This document shows positions 62,391 through 64,000 of a stretch of DNA of 64,000 bases, one piece after another. Both the position numbers and the translations under genes were made by a program. The DNA lies in assembly GCA_964644965.1 (NCBI GenBank), contig CAZXYN010000004.1, positions 6,190-70,189 of the forward strand. The letters are read 5' to 3'. Positions within the stretch are counted from its first letter, which is position 1; each line of letters begins with the position of its first letter. Source of the stretch: an uncultured Candidatus Saccharibacteria bacterium (GTDB lineage: Bacteria; Patescibacteriota; Saccharimonadia; Saccharimonadales; JACDBH01). The notes under the pieces were generated by a model. The model searched no databases. It was not told the origin of the DNA and saw nothing but the letters and a program-made list of their open reading frames with translations.

Positions 62391-64000
62391 TTCTTTATAT
62401 CCTTATCATAATTCATTACGATAATTTCTTGTCTATTTTTGCGAGCTTTGCCGCTATAGACAACTACTTTGTAATTATTTTTCTTTATCCAGGCTGCCAG
62501 CAGCTTGTTTGGCGTTCCGTTGTGAGACAACACATTAGACAACATAAACTTAACACCTTTTTTATTGAGCCCGTCTAGATAATCCAGTAATCGAAGCTCT
62601 TCGTCCTCGCCCCAACCATTGAATCCGCGTTTGCCGTCATTGTAGCTTCCTAGCGTCACGAGGTATGGTGGGTCACAATAAACAAATGTTTCTTGGTCTA
62701 TATATTCATCCATTTCTATAAAATCTCGTGACAGCAGTATGAGATTTTGCTCCTTGAGCCGGCGACAAAAACTTACCAGTTTCTCCAGAATGTTATCGTT
62801 AAATTCGGCTGGGCCAACTGGATTATTGTAGTCGTAGTTTGAGTTGAACCTTATCTGTTGGTTGAACCCGTAGAGAATTAGCAGATACAACATCCTGGGA
62901 TCACGTTTCGAAAGCTCGGTGGAGTTATATTTGTCGCGCAACTTAACGTAGGCTTCTTTGCCATTTTTACTCAAGTCGTAGCGCTTTTGCATCTTTTGAA
63001 CATAGCGAATGATTTCCGAGGTTTCTTTGTCCCTGAATGTCTCCAGGAGTTCTACGACCTTGTGATTAAATTCGTTGTAGATGGACTGCTTGGCATCAAT
63101 ATTTATACCCACGTTATAGCCGCCGCCAAACATATCAACAAAGCGCTCAATCTGATTTGGCAAATACTGTCTTATGAAATCGACCATGTCATATTTGCCG
63201 CCAATATAGTTAAGCGGCGAAGCATACAGTGCCTGGTGGTAATCCTTTTTTTCTATGAAAAACAAATATTCCGAATGGTCGTCTTGGTCAGGAGTATGGT
63301 GATTCTTGTAATGTTTGTAAGGAATCTTTACCAGCTCATAGGTTTCTGGCTTGCCGTAGCGTTTAAGCACTTTTTCGATGAATTTACTAGACATTAAACC
63401 GGCCGAACTATAGCTGAGTATTATGTACTTGAACTCTGCCTTGGCAATGATTCGCTCAAATTCCACATACACATCACCGCTTCTAGAAAACAGCGATGAT
63501 GTCTCGCTAGTGTTACGCAGCCCACCCTTGCCCTTTATTTCCGGTGCATCATAGTGTGCAATTGTTTCGAGCAAATGGTACTGAACAGAGTATTGATTCT
63601 TTGTGTAGGGCGGATCTAGATATAGAATGTCGCCGCTTATTTCGAATATTAGTTCCTCGGCTCTTTTGTTGTGCACCTCAGCTTCAAAAAGTGACTTCTT
63701 GTTTGCTTCTTGTTCTAGTCTTATGAACTTCATGGTCTTTACAGCCCTTGGATCCCACGTTTTTAGGTAGGCACCATATACGCCTGCCACATTCGATACC
63801 TTCGACACTGATTCTAATAAACAAGCGAGTAGATAGTAATATTCACCATCATCTACTTTTTCCGTATTTCGCCAAACTTCTAGCTTCGTCCGTATGTAAT
63901 CAATTCTCTGGGCATTCTCTTCCGAAAAGTACATTCGCTCACTACCGCCAAGTGAGTAGTTCTGATAGATGAACCCTTTCTCGCCAATTTCTTCTTGGTT
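62387..64000 (-). CDS. Tandem double-domain Dam-like (D12 class) N6-adenine DNA methyltransferase, 5'-truncated by the window edge
   Basis: There are two DPPY motifs, LYLDPPYTKNQY and VYCDPPYLVTLG, with the AdoMet region NYIGGKY...FVDMFGGGYNVG between them. The frame stays open upstream of the ATG at 63934 to position 64000 (NQEEIGEKGFIYQNYSLGGSER-MYF...). Confidence 0.8.
   Translation of the reverse strand, partial: NQEEIGEKGFIYQNYSLGGSERMYFSEENAQRIDYIRTKLEVWRNTEKVDDGEYYYLLACLLESVSKVSNVAGVYGAYLKTWDPRAVKTMKFIRLEQEANKKSLFEAEVHNKRAEELIFEISGDILYLDPPYTKNQYSVQYHLLETIAHYDAPEIKGKGGLRNTSETSSLFSRSGDVYVEFERIIAKAEFKYIILSYSSAGLMSSKFIEKVLKRYGKPETYELVKIPYKHYKNHHTPDQDDHSEYLFFIEKKDYHQALYASPLNYIGGKYDMVDFIRQYLPNQIERFVDMFGGGYNVGINIDAKQSIYNEFNHKVVELLETFRDKETSEIIRYVQKMQKRYDLSKNGKEAYVKLRDKYNSTELSKRDPRMLYLLILYGFNQQIRFNSNYDYNNPVGPAEFNDNILEKLVSFCRRLKEQNLILLSRDFIEMDEYIDQETFVYCDPPYLVTLGSYNDGKRGFNGWGEDEELRLLDYLDGLNKKGVKFMLSNVLSHNGTPNKLLAAWIKKNNYKVVVYSGKARKNRQEIIVMNYDKDIKK

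Overview
This 64-kb window is almost entirely coding, and about 90% of the genes are on the minus strand. GC is near 48% by spot counts, apart from a visibly AT-rich right end. Housekeeping genes are sparse: aspS, uppP, nadD, a dus-family gene, a Mur ligase, a polyprenyl synthase, an ABC-2 exporter, an RND pump, a CPA2 antiporter and a DsbA-like oxidoreductase. They sit among many membrane-anchored hypothetical proteins, a sortase and three giant surface proteins of 969, 2620 and 2229 aa. This content suggests a small-genome monoderm, probably a CPR/Patescibacteria (Saccharibacteria-like) organism; that lineage call is inference only. The points most worth a second look are: (1) A minus-strand surface-apparatus locus at 40.6-55.8 kb. 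It combines a phage tail-fibre-like giant carrying an internal Peptidase_S74 chaperone domain, two DUF916/DUF3324-like anchored proteins and three WxL-like secreted paralogues, and it is interrupted by a RAYT transposase flanked by REP palindromes. (2) A family of structured non-coding RNAs. One is a roughly 410-nt RNA bounded by a promoter and terminators at 39.1-39.5 kb, with a paralogue at 15.5-15.7 kb showing compensatory changes. There is also an orphan sRNA of about 120 nt. (3) A cobalamin-riboswitch-like leader whose terminator also buries the ribosome-binding site. It sits in front of an uncharacterised operon encoding a 480-aa protein and two zinc-ribbon mini-proteins. (4) An RcnR-type metalloregulator with a perfect 19-bp operator. 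(5) An AT-rich restriction-modification island with a tandem double Dam-like methyltransferase. All family assignments come from motif recognition by eye. No searches were run.
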